Source of the DNA: Selaginella moellendorffii
Taxonomy: Eukaryota > Plantae > Lycopodiophyta
Assembly (NCBI RefSeq): GCF_000143415.4
Contig: NW_003314282.1
Coordinates: forward strand, 655,700-719,699
Reading direction: 5' to 3'
Length of the DNA: 64,000 nt
The stretch's first letter is position 1, and the number at the start of each line of letters is the position of its first letter. Below the pieces are notes generated by a model, which saw only the letters and a program-made list of their open reading frames with translations, was not told where the DNA came from and searched no databases. Position numbers and translations under genes: made by a program. Shown here one piece after another: positions 24,774 to 38,500 of the stretch.

Positions 24774-25930
24774 TGTAAGCCACAAATTTTTCCTTTCCAA
24801 TTTGCCAGCTTACCTCGTCTATCCGTCCAACGCTGCCTTGGCTTTTGCTAAGTTCCCTCGCCAAGGTTCTCGCCTATGGTACCAGCTCCTACTTGGTTTC
24901 AGCTACTCACTGCACGAGCAACGGAGTGTTAGCCATCCTTCCACGGATTCCCAAATCACTCCCAATCCCCCTCCCCGGGTTAGACTGGACTTAAGGTTCG
25001 GCTACACTCCCCGCAAGCACAAGCAGCCAAGCACACCAAGCTTCCAGGTTCCTAACATCCCTTGGTACCACAAGACTTGATCATGGGACCCTCTAAATCC
25101 CAAGTCTTGAGTGCAACACTTGCTTCGGGATGCCGGGGCGAAACACCGTGGCCTAGCGGCCCGGTATGGGTACCTCTCGCCCCCCACTTCCATCCCGAAG
25201 GAAAGCCCAAGCCCCTAGGGAGGGCGAGGACCAATGAGCCGCATGGTACTCAAGTGGGGCACCACTCCACATGAGCCGGGAGCACCGCAATCGGTTTCCC
25301 TTTCGGGAGTGGGAGCTGCTCTTGAGCACTTCCTTGGATGGCCCCTCCGGCACCAGCCAAGTCCATGCTCACTCCCACCCAAGGCCCCTCGGTCCCAGTC
25401 TCAACCTCAAGTCGGTTTGGAAGCCCAACTGGAGAGTCCCTTCAAAACTGGTTCCTGGACCTCACTATCCCTACTATACTTTTGGAACCCCCTGCAGCCC
25501 CCCCCCCCCCCCCCCCGGGAGACGCACGCTTTGGGCTTTCACCCCTTGACCCGTATTAGTATTTGGACTTAGTCTCTGGCTCGATCTCGGACCCGATTTC
25601 GGATCCGACTTCAGATTCGGTTTCGGACTCGATCTCGGACTCGATCTCGGACCCGATCTCGAACCCGACTTCGGACTCAACCTCGGACTCGGTCTCGGAC
25701 CCGATTTCGGATCTCGGACTCCGTCTCGAACTCGGTCTCGAACTCGAACTCGAACTCGGTCCCCGAGTCGGTCTCGGACTCGATTCCGGACTCGATCTCG
25801 AACTCGGTCCTAGAGTCGGTCTTGGACTCGATCTTCGACTTGGTCTCATCCGATGAACTCTTTGTCATTTTGGTCATGCTTTCGGGGTGTTCCTTTAGCC
25901 TACGACACCTCGGCGAGTTGGTTCCTTACA
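24774..25930 (-). repeat. 5' LTR of element 1
   Basis: TG...CA ends; PBS follows on the minus strand. Confidence 0.95.
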
Positions 25931-26989
25931 GATATGTAAACCTGGGGCCTTTTAACTTATACTCAGCTAATCTTTCCACTTGGAAGTTGGTAAGCTGATG
26001 TCTGTGCATAAGCCATCTTGAAGAAATTTCAAGAGCAAGTAATTTGAATAAAAATATGACATTATTTTATTATTTATTTTGAAATTTCCAGTTTTATATT
26101 TTAAATTTGTATTAATTGGTAATGATCTGCGTGACTCTAGATCTGGATCAATGCCTATGAAGAATTAAATGGATTGCAACTGCTTGTCTGAAGGAATGGG
26201 GTTCATAGCTCCTATTTGTGTGCTAACCTAGCAAAATCTTAGCAATTGTTATAAAAATTGACACACTACAAGTGCATCTTATGAAATTGTCTATTCAGAA
26301 AATCACTCCCAGATCCATGAAGCCGCTGCTGAGAACAAGGGCAAGGGTAGCAAAGACAGTTCCCTCATGAATTTCTGGAAAGTCCTCACTTCTAACCTGC
26401 AACCCCTTCCAGATCATGCAATCTGGAGCATTCCATTTTTTCCTTCAAAGCTTCAAAGCTTTTACATCATAAGCAAGCTTGAATAGTATTGAGTTTATTG
26501 AAACCATATAAACTATTTAGTATGCCCAAAGAGCACTAAAGGTGCATTCATCCCAATCTTTTTAATTTGTTTTCATAATCTTTTTAAGTGTTTTATTTGT
26601 AAATTTGAGAGTAGTATGATGTTAAAGCTTTGTGTTTGATCGTGAATTCTTCAATTAGAATCTTGATTATTTCATTGATTCAAACCTTCTTACCAAATTA
26701 TAAACTTTTGAATTTAAACTTTTTGGAAAGCCCAACTTAGTATTACTTAAACTCAAAGACCCTTAACCTTAAATATTTCAAGACCCTTAACTAATTGGGA
26801 AAAAGGGTGCACTTTTATTCATGGGCCTTTTCCCTTTATACTTAAACCCTTATAAATCACTCTTAAACTTATCTCAACTCATCAAAACCTTGTCCCACCT
26901 CCTGATTAACAAGTATATATTTGAGAGAACAATGTAGGCAATCGTGCATCCAGTCTCCAGTGCTCTCAAAGATCTTTACTACGACTCTT

Positions 26990-27364
26990 TGTAAGGAACC
27001 AACTCTCCAAGGTGTCATAGGCTAAAGGATCCTCGAAAGCATGATTGAAATGATAAAGAATTTATCAAATGAGACTGAGTCCGAAATTGAGTCCGAGACC
27101 GACTTTTAGACCGAATTTAATACCAAGTCTAAGATCAAGTTTGAGACCAGCTCCGAGACCGAGTGCGAGACCAAGTTAGAGACCGAGTTTGAGACTGAGT
27201 CCGAGATCCAAGATTGGGTCTGAGACCAAGTTCGAGATCAAGTTCAAGATCAAGTCCGAAGTTGGGTCTGAGATCGAATCCAAAATCAAGTGTGAGACCG
27301 AATCTAAGTTTGAGTCTAAGAACAAGCAATGAAGACAATATTATTAATTGGGGGGGGGGAGGGG
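26990..27364 (+). repeat. Diverged partial LTR of the element-1 family in opposite orientation
   Basis: tgtaaggaaccaactc...ggctaaagga...gaaagcatga is the reverse complement of the element-1 LTR end, followed by the degenerate array and a poly-G run. Confidence 0.85.
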
Positions 27365-27463
27365 ACAGTGAAAGATGCCCAAGAGAAATATCTGCCTCAG
27401 TACTTAACCAGCAGGTTGAGTTTCTAAGCTGTGAAGGCTGAGATACCATGTCTCATCAAAATT

Positions 27464-27682
27464 AGTGACTGGAATCCACATGCTGATTTGCAGGCTCGTG
27501 CTCATAGGTCAGACGAGCAAAGTAGGTATTAAAACTTGTTCCAGATGCTGTTACTCAAATTTTTTCATATGTCCAGGTGATGATCTAGATAGGCTCCGCT
27601 AATCAGTGCTAGGGGAACTATTGAGGAGAGGATGATGCAGTTAACCAAGAAGAACATGGTGGTTGAGCATCTCGTGGCTGGA
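27464..27682 (+). pseudogene. Fragment of a CHD3/PICKLE-type chromatin remodeler (helicase C-terminal part)
   Basis: SDWNPHADLQA..RAHR, intron, then VMI*...RGTIEERMMQLTKKNMVVEHLV; deletion and stop present. Confidence 0.8.
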
Positions 27683-28720
27683 CTATTCGCTAAAAATGCT
27701 TGGAAATGAGGGCTCGGGGTGTGAATACCTGAGCTGTCTAATCTCACAGTTGAAGCTTTGGCTTTGCGGTGATATGGATGTCAAGAACCGGACCTGGAGC
27801 CACTGCCGCCAGTGGGGTAAGATGATATGATCTGGGGCTTGATGTCGTGGAGGCGCGCGCTGCTTTACACTTGTTACAACCTTCCTTATGTTGGATTCTC
27901 ATTGTCTTGTTAGAAAATGCAAGTTTAAATCAATGTGCAAGACAGTGCCGGTTTGATCAGGGTGTTTTGGTCTACAAAGAAGATCAGATCAAATTGGTGC
28001 TTCAACAGGTGCGTGAGAACAAACGATTTGACTAGTTCATCACTGCTTTTGACCCGTTTTCTCCTGTGCAGATCCTTGGCGTATCAGCACACTGAGCAAG
28101 AATTATTTGAGCAGTACTTGTGGGGGCGACAATATAGGCAAAGTCTGGTAAGAACATTATGAATCTCTTGCATCAAACACTGTCACCCCTCGACATCATT
28201 GCTACCAAACTCCATGGACCAGAACCTCCTCCAGATCAACAACAACAACAAGCAACCCAGCAAGCGATGATAAAGTTTTTTTTTTTTCTCTGTTTTTTAT
28301 TTTATTTTTCATTTTTAGAATAAAATAAAGCTGCTTAGTACATAAAACTTGAAAAACTATATCGATACAATGTTAGCGCGGAGGCCCTCCAAGGGTAATA
28401 AGGTCCAAGAGTGACCAGAGGTTTAAATTCAGTATTGACATGATATAACACAAATTTGTTTTCAAACAACAAATACAAGAATTAAAATTTAAGACCACCT
28501 TAGCCATGAAAATGTCTGTCAGATGATGGAGATCCACATTGCTCACATTCATCTTCTGAACAGTTCTATATGGAGTCTAAAACGCCCCTCAAAGTACCTA
28601 TTCAGCGAGTAGATCGATAATACTGTTGTCCAGGCATGGCAGTTGCGTGACGTGATCAAAAGGCAAGCTTCATTCTTTTGGTTTTCTCACGGAAAAGCCT
28701 TTTCTAGGTCATGGTTGGCA

Positions 28721-29953
28721 ATGAGTCCTCCCTTGTGGAACAATCTTCTCGCAGCTTATGCAAAGGAAGGGCACTTCGATGAGGCCCGGAGGGCGTTCAA
28801 GAGAATGCCACAGTTCAGCATGGAGGCTTGCATTGCGATGTGCATCGCCTGCGTCAACAAAGGCAAACTCCAGTCCGCCCAGCGAGTCTTTGAGAAGTGC
28901 CACCACAAAGATATCCTATCCTGGAACTCTATCCTCGCAGCATTTGCAAGGAGCGGGCATCTCCTCGAGGCCAAGCTGGTGTTCAAGCGAATACCAAGAC
29001 GTGATTTTGGATCCTTCAAAGGGATCATCGCAGCGTACGTGAAGAAAGGAAAGCCTCACAAAGCCAGGATGATCTTCCGAAGAATCCCGCAAACCTCACG
29101 GGTGTTGGATCCCGAGATATCGGAGATGCTGATCCGGGGATATGGAAGCCAGGGAATGGTGATGGAAGCCAAGAACGTCTTCGAGAGTATGCCTCAACCG
29201 AGCGCTTCGTGCTGGGCTGCCATGGTCGAGTGCTACGTGAAGAACAAGCTGCTCGTCCAGGCCTCGTTGCTGCTAAACATTGCACCTCCACTCCAGGCTG
29301 CAGCTCTCGGGCGATTGATCCAAGCCTTTGGAGTGGAAGCCGGCGACTTCGACTCCGCCAAGAGACTCTTCGATGGCTTTCGCTCGGGATCCGGCGTGGA
29401 GGTCTGGAACACGATGCTTCGACTTTGCTGCACGGACGTCGGCAAGCTGGAGTTTGCAAAGGTGGTGTTTGACGCCATGCCCGAGCGGAACTTCTCGACG
29501 TGGGACTCCATCTTTGGTGCTTACTTGCGGCTCAAGAGCGTGGAGGAGTCGAGGATTCTGTTCGACAGTGTGCCGGAGAGAACAAGTAGCTGGTGGAGCT
29601 CGATGATCTCCGCGTACACTCGGCAAGGCTATCCGGCTCAAGCGTTGAGGCTGTTCAAGCTCATGGACCTGGATGGATTCCGGCCCGACTATGGAACTTA
29701 CGGCACGGCTCTTTTCGTTTGCTCCAGCGATGCGGACAAGGATGTCGTTCGTAAAGCCATGAGAATGTCCAAGCAACAGAGAGCCCGAGAGACCGCTCCA
29801 GTCGACATTTCTTCTCCAGTCGATTCTCAGTCGATCTTGGAACCATGTTACGAGTTGGATCTACCATCGCCACAGCTTGCAAAGAAACAAACCAGACAAA
29901 AGCCACCACCTGGGACAATTTCGAAGAAACAATTCAAAGAACGGGAGAGCTGA
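28721..29953 (+). CDS. Intronless PLS-type pentatricopeptide repeat protein without E/DYW domain
   Basis: Repeats such as WNNLLAAYAKEGHFDEARRAFKRMP, SWNSILAAFARSGHLLEAK, WSSMISAYTRQGYPAQALRLFKLMDLDGFRPD; first ATG 28721. Confidence 0.85.
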   Translation: MSPPLWNNLLAAYAKEGHFDEARRAFKRMPQFSMEACIAMCIACVNKGKLQSAQRVFEKCHHKDILSWNSILAAFARSGHLLEAKLVFKRIPRRDFGSFKGIIAAYVKKGKPHKARMIFRRIPQTSRVLDPEISEMLIRGYGSQGMVMEAKNVFESMPQPSASCWAAMVECYVKNKLLVQASLLLNIAPPLQAAALGRLIQAFGVEAGDFDSAKRLFDGFRSGSGVEVWNTMLRLCCTDVGKLEFAKVVFDAMPERNFSTWDSIFGAYLRLKSVEESRILFDSVPERTSSWWSSMISAYTRQGYPAQALRLFKLMDLDGFRPDYGTYGTALFVCSSDADKDVVRKAMRMSKQQRARETAPVDISSPVDSQSILEPCYELDLPSPQLAKKQTRQKPPPGTISKKQFKERES

Positions 29954-30058
29954 AAGGAGGCCGTTCTTACTTTTGGTGGAGGACGAAACGTTACAGGCAC
30001 TCACAAAAGCCCGAAGATCTTCTTGGCTAACTCCTCTTTTCTCTTCTTTTTTTTCCTT

Positions 30059-31558
30059 CTACTCGACAACAGCAAGGCTGGAGAGTAGCAGGCTGGCCTT
30101 TTGTATCGCTCTGGGAAGCTCTTGCATCACCTGAGAAGATTAAAAGGCAAAGTGAAGAAGGGAAGAGCGAATTGCGAAGTTACCTCCTCGCGATCGTCTT
30201 CAGCAGTGATGAGGTGGCCAACTTGGTTGAAGGCAGCAATGAGAACTTTGATCGGATCTTTCACGCCCTGTGCACGAGAAGAACTTTGCTGGAGCTTTGA
30301 AAAGTTTCGGTACGTTTACCTCTGGATAGACGTGGTAAAACGAGAATGCCTTGCGCTCGGACAAAACTGGAAGACACTCTACAGCCTTGGCACCAATTCT
30401 CATTCCTGTTTTCCAGCACAAGAAACTTGTCAAAACTCTATCAAAGTTTTGTTCTTCTCCTACCTGTTGATAGATGTGATACGTTTACGCCAAAAATGTG
30501 TGCCAGGAGTCTCAGACGTTTCTCTCTCGACTTTTCTTCGCTTTGGCCCGGCGATGGATTTGCTAATTGCTCAATGTACTGCAGAAAAAGTAGCCACCAT
30601 TTTTCCAAGTGTGAGTGTTTCATACCTTCACATATGCAAGCGTTTGAGTGTTTGGTTCTGGCAGAGTGGACAACGAGCTCTCTTTTTGCATCGCTGTTAG
30701 ATCCGCTTCAATGGCCTGTTGGTTTTCATAGTTTCGTGGTCTCATGCATGCTTACGAGAACAAAAAAAACTTGGAGGAAAGCTTACCGAGGAACGATTCA
30801 AGCCTAGTTTGTCGTTGAAAATGGCAACGCTGTCTTCGATAGCAGCACAGATTTCGATGGCACTGCCTAATGCGCGGTACACTGCGCGCTAAGAAATACC
30901 ACGAATCCATCAAAGTTTTCGTACAGAAAGAAAAAGAGAAAACACTGACCTGGTCGACAAGGTATTGCACGTATTTCTTCTCTCCAAACTTCCATTTCTC
31001 GAATGGAGGAAGCTTTCGCGGCTGCACAACCGCAATGTCTCCCTGCAAAAACAAATCTCATTAACTTCGTTCTTATTGTTCTTTTTTTCTAGCAAAAATA
31101 CCTTGCTTTCCAAGAGCTGAATTCGCTTCACAAGTTGCTCGTAGAATGGCAAGTCATTCCCAAAAGAGCTGGCCGATGGACTAAAACTCTTGAGCTTGAG
31201 CTTCTCAAGGTCCTCTGGATTCTCTCCTCCGTCCCACGACTCTACTTGCACAAAATCCACCTTTCCTTTCGCTGCGACCTCGGGATCAATGTGCAGCCTT
31301 CTCTTCCGGTGCTTCACTTCCTACAAGTTGGGGAAAGAAGCAATTGCTTCTGCAAAGAACAAACAAAGCACAAAGAAAGTTCTATACCTTCTCCACTTCT
31401 TTCACCACACTCTTGAGCTCCTGCTGCTTTTTCGTAGCTGCCTCTTTCTTCTGTGGAGCACTCTGGCCAAATCCTCGTTTCGGAGGAATAGAATTTGTCA
31501 CAACGAGCTTAAGTTTCACTGTCGGGGGCATAAGCGTCGAGATTGCAAGATGCGCCAT
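30059..31558 (-). CDS. Divergent plastid heme-oxygenase-like protein, multi-exon
   Basis: Transit-peptide-like N-terminus; YVQYLVDQRAVYRAL, LGLNRS..IEADL, LPEP, LAHIFGV, TGMRIGAKAVE, FY and a terminal helix are colinear with plant HO1/HY1 blocks (YLKFLVDS..VY, GLER...DL, IPEP, FICHFYN, GGRMIG). Confidence 0.65.
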
Positions 31559-31749
31559 GGTGAGAGGACCTATATCCACAAACAAAACCGCAAAATCTAC
31601 ATGGGCGGGCCAGAAATGCCAATGCAGGATCCGAGAGTGATCTCGCTCACCGAAATGCGCCTACTCCAAGCTTCTTTTTGGTTGATCCATCCAGATAGGT
31701 TTTTTCAGAAAGGTGAGTTTCTACATTGAATATAAATTTAATATAATAA

Positions 31750-34700
31750 TTTTCTTGAGTTCAACAGATTCTTTCATCTTATAAAATTAAATTCTAAACA
31801 TTGTGAACTTCTTTGTGGAAGCTTTAGATACATTAACTTTTAAAAACTAAATGACATAATTGAAATTATTATTATATACTTAAGATCACCTGTCTTTGTC
31901 ATGAATGTGATTATTGGTACTATAAGTTATGTGTCAATGAGTCTTTTTAGATATTATTATCTTCTATGACAGCAAAAAATTAGTATTGTTATACTCTCTA
32001 TCAATTTCATTTGTAGGTATTCAGCATGGCATTAGTGGATTGCTTTTAAACATGATTATGGTGATCAATTAAGGATGTATGGATGAGCTTATTAGTTCAA
32101 TTAGTTATTGTTATAAACTTTTATTAGATTGATATTTTTTTTCGTAAGTTTAAGGTTTAGTCAAATTGAGTCCCAAAAGAAAATTATCAGAGATAAAGGA
32201 TTAAATATGTAAATCATCTTCTTTTATTTAAGAAATAATTTGCAACAAAGTGTAATTTCATTACTCATATTTACATTATGCAATCAAGAGTCCCTACATG
32301 TTAATTATAATTGTCCTACAAGTGGTGTGCCATGGATTAAATAGTGGTGAAGTGCTAAACCATTTTGCTTAAACATGCTAACAAAAGGTTTGTGTTGTAA
32401 TGCTCAATTCTTTTTAGTTGGGTAACTTAGTGTTAGATTATTTTTTAGTTGGTCAGACAAAGAATAATATATATTTGTTTACATTATAAATGAAGTAAGT
32501 GGTATTAAGTGTTATAAATCTATATCAATGGGATATGGCATTTATGCTACATTTTATCATTTGAGTTAGCACTTAATACTAGTATAAACCTTTATAGTAG
32601 TGGTATAGGCTTAGTTTGTGATATCATTTAAATGATTATCAAGTTATTTGATTTCTATATCATGTTTTTGTGATCATAAGCAATGTATTTGCAAAGTTGC
32701 TTAGTCAAACAATAATCAACCCCAAAAAGGTTGATCATGATGCTGGTTTACTTACAAGTAATAGCATTGTTTTTCATGATCCATCATGTTAAGCTAGTGT
32801 TAATACTTTGGTTCCTTGAGATTTTGTCCATTAAGGTTTTAGAAAAATTGTAGTATTTATTTGCTATAACTTGTTGGTGAATTTATAAATTGTTGATTGT
32901 TCATAGGTAAATTGTAAACTAAAGAATGTGTGAAATTAAGGCATTTACATTGCTAACACTTATGATAATAAAAGTGGCATTATTACATCAAATGATAAAG
33001 AGTTTTTCTTAGAGCTTGATTTTCATGTTATTTCTCTTGTTATTGTTTTGGTTACATACTAAATTTTAAAAGTGATTGAAGAAGAGTATTAGTGCAATAT
33101 AAATATCCAAAGATATGATCTTTGTGATTGAGTCTTAGGTATTCATTTTGCATTCTAGCAGATGTCAATATCAAATATTGAATATATAAGTATATTTTTA
33201 AATATTTATGCATTCTCTTGAGTTATGGGAGTTTATATTAAGGTGAACTTATATGAAGTTGGTTAACAATTGGGAATTTGTATTTCTGAGCTAAAATGTT
33301 TTTTATAATTTTTTAAAAACTTTTCCAGTAGCTGATTTATTTTTGCCTGAAAACCATTCCATTTTTATAAAGCTATTACAAACTAATCAAGTTGAATTAC
33401 CAATCAAATTGAATGAAGTTGAGTTTAAGTGGCTTAAACTTTATGTGGTAATTTGAATGATGCAGCTTGAAAGGGATACTAACTTTATGTGGTAATTTAA
33501 ATGATGCAACTTGAAAGGGATGCTAGCTTTTGGGGTTAAGGCAATTAAGTTGAATAAAGCTTAGAGTTAGCATAGAAAGTGGTTAACATTTATACCTTCT
33601 TCTTTAGCATTATGCATAGTGGCAAATTGTATTTTCTATTGGACTAAACTCTAGGAAAGTAGTAAACTTTCATTAGTTTTGACTTAGTCTTTGTGGCCTT
33701 ACATCTTAATTGAGGATAATGACATTTAACTTAGTTGTTTGTAATGAAAGTATTAGTATTCACACTATAACTTTGTCTATTAAAAGGTTATATACATATA
33801 TAAATCTTATCTTATAGTTTTCATTTTAGGTTCAGCTAAGTGTTGATTATTTATAATTAGCTCATAAGTTCTTTAGTTATGCTTGGAGCTATTGACTAAA
33901 CATGTTATAAATTCTTGTTGTATAATTAAATTCAAGTAATTCATAAAAGTATAATCTAGCTAAATATTGGTTCTTATAGTTACACTCTTTGGAAGAAATT
34001 TTCTAGAGGTTTAAAAAAAAGTATTATAAATACTTAAAAACTTTGTAAATATAAGGAAGAGAAAGTTAGAAAAAAATTTATTTTTCATATTACTACATTA
34101 AATTTAGAGCTTGTATATTATAGTGGTACATAAAAGTGATAAAAATTCTTATAATTACCCTATAACTACATTATAATTTTCATATAAAACTATTTAATTA
34201 ATTTCTAAACTAGTTTTATGATGTTCACATTTATTTGTAGAATAAAACTAGTTGCATAATTTTAAATTTTTTCTATAATTAGTTGATTTTTATAAATAAA
34301 ATTTTGAAATTTTTATTACTTTATACCTGTTTATGTACTAATACAATCACCCCTTTGGAAATATAGATTTTTATTGTTTATAAATATTTAAGATTCAAGG
34401 TTTAGGGTTTATAAAAAATGATTAATACTTAGATTCTTTCATTCATCTAGAGGGGGGTTTTTTATTAGGAAGGAGAGGATTTTTATTTCTTTTTAAGAAG
34501 GGAATTTAGTTTTGTTTTGGACTACTTGGATTATTAGGTAATGGTGAAAAATCATTTAGTGTTTGGTAAATTAGTAGTTGATGAATCTTAAGTTTAGAAA
34601 ACCTGAAAGGTTGAAAAGCATAAGTAAACATACATTGCCTTCTCCCACCTTGAAATGCTAATATAAAACTTAAAGAATATATGTTAAAAGGTAAAATGCA

Positions 34701-35200
34701 TTAATATGGTTATTCACAAAGTTTTGGCTTGAGTTTGCAATCTTATTGACTGTCACTACCCAATAGTTCTAACACTTATAGAGATTGATACACATTCAGA
34801 ATGTGATTGTTAGCTTTCTTTAGCACATGTATCTATATAACTAAAATTAAACTTTCAATCCATAAATTTTTTTTGCCAATTGTAAACCTATAAAATACCA
34901 TTAATCTTACATGGATCCTAACCTTCACTCAAAATAATTTGTTGCATGCTATTAAAAAGTTGAGAGGGTCCCCATTAAGAATTGAAGGAACAATCCTACT
35001 AAATGGGAATAGAATTGAGATAAGAGTGAGCAATAAGTTCTCAATTTTATTCATGCTTTATGTGTGCATGTCATATGTGTTAAATTTCCTTCTCTCCTCT
35101 CATAACAACCAATGCACATGCAAGCTTTACTAGACAGCTATTAAATAAAACAAAACTTTATCAAAATATTTCAACAAGACATAGTTAAAGAAATTATCTT
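31750..35200. repeat. AT-rich, CpG-depleted decayed-repeat tract
   Basis: Very low GC, almost no CG, no ORFs; includes a 44-bp tandem duplication at 33437-33524. Confidence 0.5.
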
Positions 35201-35582
35201 TTGACAGTTACTGTCAAGACCCCCAACAAGATCAAGACTAGAAAATGCTAAAGACAAAGAGAAAAGCTAGTGAAAACAAAGAAGAGGCCTTAGACTGGTG
35301 TTGATTCAGATTGTGGAGAAATGGAACAAGGCTAACCTATATATACTATAGGTTGATGAAGCTCCACCACTCTTGGATCGAGGACGGCCTAAATACAGCT
35401 GAGGTCGAGGAGGCGCCACATCATCATCAGGAATGTGGCTCGAGACTCAGGAATCGGGAAGTGTCTCGAGAGTCAGGAATAGGGAAGTGTCTCGAGAGTC
35501 AGGAATGTGGTCTGCAGGTCAGGAATCCGGCGAGAGTCAGGAATGTGGCAAGAATTGGGGGATTCCTGACAGCACCCCCTCC

Positions 35583-38500
35583 TCAAGAACGAGTGGAACG
35601 AGGATGTGAACGAGAACGAAGAGGAGGATGAGATGAGCGGCGAGGGATGGGAGATGGAGAAAAAGAATGAGGACTGGGACGAGAAGGATAGCGGCGGTGG
35701 AAGTCCTGAACAAGGTCAGGAGAATGAATCAGGTTGTCCGCAGGTTCCCAAGTGCGTTCCTCAGGTCCATAACCCTTCCAGTCCACCAGATAGTAGAGTT
35801 TAGACCGTGAAATCTTGGAATCAAGGATGTCTTGAACTTCGTACTCAGACCCATCCTCGAGCTGCACTGGTGGAGGCGGAGGAATGACCCGATTTGGAAT
35901 AGGACTGGGAATATAAGGCTCAAGGAGAGAGGAGTGAAAAACGGGGTGAATTTGATATGAGGAGGGAAGTGCAAGGCGATAAGTGACAGGATTAATGATG
36001 GCAGTGATAGGGAAAGGACCAAGGCGTTTGAAATCGAGTTTTGGACAGGGCCTGGTGGTAGAGATATTTCGCTTGAGGAGCCAGACTTTATCCCCGATAT
36101 TGTAAGGGGGACAATCCTGACGATGGACATTGGCAAATATTTTATGAGATTCCTGAGCACGATGAAGGTGGAATGAGATGGAGTTGTGGATTTCCTGGAG
36201 GGTGGAGATAAATGCCTCAGAGCGGGGATTTGAACGAGAGGATTCAGATGGAGAAGGAAGTGAGAGATTGAATCAGGGATTTCGGCCAGAGTTCGCAAAG
36301 AAGGGGGAAACTCGAAGAGAGGAGTGAACAGAGTTGTTATAGGAGAACTCAGCAAGGGGAAGGATATCGAACCAGTTATCCTGATGATAGTTGATGAAGC
36401 ACCTCAAAAATTGTTCCAACGTCTGAATCGTTCGCTCGGACTGCCCATCAGTTTGAGGATCATATGCCGAAGAGAGGTTGGCCTTCACTCCAAGCAGCTG
36501 CAAAAACTGTTGCCAGAAATGAGAGATGAACTGAAGCCCCCGATCCAAAACCACATCTGTAGGAATCCCATGAAGTCAGAAAATTTCCCTAAATACTAGT
36601 TTTGCCATGTCCTCGCCCGAAAACTCCTTGGTACATGGCAAGAAGTGCGCCATCTTTGTGAAGCGATCCACCACGACTAAAATGCTGTTGAAGCCTCCAG
36701 AACTCGGAAGATCACTCAAGAAATCCATGGAGATGGATTCCCAAGGACCTGAAGGGACCGGAAGGGAACGAAGCAAACCTGAAGGAAGGTGGCAAGGTAC
36801 CTTATTTCGGGCACAAGTGTCACAGGAGGTAGCAAAAGCTTTGATGTAGTCGTCCATGTGAGGCCACCAAAAGTCCCGTGCAACTAGCTCATAGGTTTTC
36901 GCAATGCCAAAGTGACCAACAGTCGGGCTATCGTGGCACGCCATCAGGACCAACCTTCGAGCATCACCTTTAGGAACGTAAAGCTGCTCCCCACGGTACA
37001 ATAAGCCATCTAAGAACTCGAACTCGTCAAATCGCCGGTAGTCGGGAGTCACTGGGTGTCCAGCCTGAAGATGGGGGAAAATGTCGCTAGCGAGATCATC
37101 GGATTGAAGATCGTTTCTGATTGCATCCATCAAGGAGGAGTCCTGAGGGGCCAGGGAAATTGCCATAACTTGAAGCCGATCAGGACCGAGGATAACTTGA
37201 TCCTGTTGATCGAAGGCAGGATTACCAGGCCTGAGACTGAGATAGGAGCGCCTTGAAAGAGCATCAGGAAGGCCTTGAAACTTTCCAGGTCTGTACTTGA
37301 TAACAAAGTCAAACCGACTCAGGAATTGTGCCCACCTTGCTTGACGACGGCTTAAAACTCGGGAAGTGGCAAAGTACTCGAGATTTTTGTGATCCGTCCA
37401 GACTGTTGTTTGATGGCTCGCCCCCTCCAAGAAACGGCGCCACTCTCCAAAGGAATCCACGATGGCAAGGAGCTCCTTGTCGTGGATTTCGTAATTGATC
37501 TCCGCAGGCTGGAATTTCCGAGAATGGAAAGCGACCGGATGAAGTTCGTGATCCACTCCAAGTTGAGACAGCACAGCACCAATGGCAAAGTCGGAGGCGT
37601 CAGCCTCGATGAAGAAAGGTTGTGAGGAATCAGCATGGATCAAGACAGGAGCAGAACTGAAGGCCGCCTTGAGTGTGTCGAAGGCCTGCTGGGCAGCAGC
37701 AGACCAAGAGAAGGGAACATCCTTGCGAGTGAGATGTGTGAGAGGAAGGACAATGTCAGAGTAGTGATCAATGAATTTGCGGTAGAAGTTGGCGAAGCCA
37801 AGGAAAACCTGAACGTCCGACATTGATTGTGGAGGCTCCCATTCGAGAATAATCTTGACTTTAGCAGGATCCATCGTGATACCCTCAGGAGTGACAATGT
37901 ACCCAAGGAACTCCACAGACTGCTGATCAAAGGAACATTTCTCAAGCTTCGTGTATAGGCCGTGTTCTCGCAGCTTCGCTAGCACCTTGCGAACATGTTC
38001 GTCATGCTCCTCCTGAGTTTTTGAGTAGATGAGGATGTCATCGAGGTAGACGATCACCATCTGATCAAGAAACTCCCGAAAAACGTCGTTCGCCATGTGT
38101 TGGAAAACCGCTGGAGCATTTGTTAAGCCAAATGGCATGACAGTGTACTCGAAGTGGCCATAGCGGGTTCGGAACGCAGTCTTCCATTCATCACCAGGCC
38201 GGATCCGGATCAGGTTGTATGCTCCACGGAGGTCGATCTTGGTGAAGAAGCGGGCACCGCCGAGGCGTTCCAACAGGTCCGAGATCAAGGGCAGCGGATA
38301 ACGGTTCCGAACAGTCACCTTGTTCAAACCTCGGTAGTCGATGACTAGCCGCAAGCTCCCATCCTTCTTCTTGACAAAGAAGACAGGCGCTCCAGCCGGG
38401 GACTGCGAATGCTGAATGTATTGCTGGTCTCGCAGCTTCGAGCGGGATTTCTCGCCTTGGGTCGGGCCATGCAAGGTGGCGACTAAGGTACGGAGAGCGT

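Larger units (their letters stand above)
18386..25930 (-). mobile_element. Full-length Ty3/gypsy chromovirus LTR retrotransposon (element 1)
   Basis: LTRs 18386-19545 and 24774-25930 (TG...CA); 5-bp TSD GATAT at 18381-18385 and 25931-25935; gag, CCHC knuckle, protease (LIDTGA), RT, RNase H, integrase, chromodomain. Confidence 0.97.

Noticed and set aside
35456-35550. Repeats in element-2 LTRs as a CRISPR-like array
   Set aside because: Eukaryotic LTR context, head-to-tail units without unique spacers
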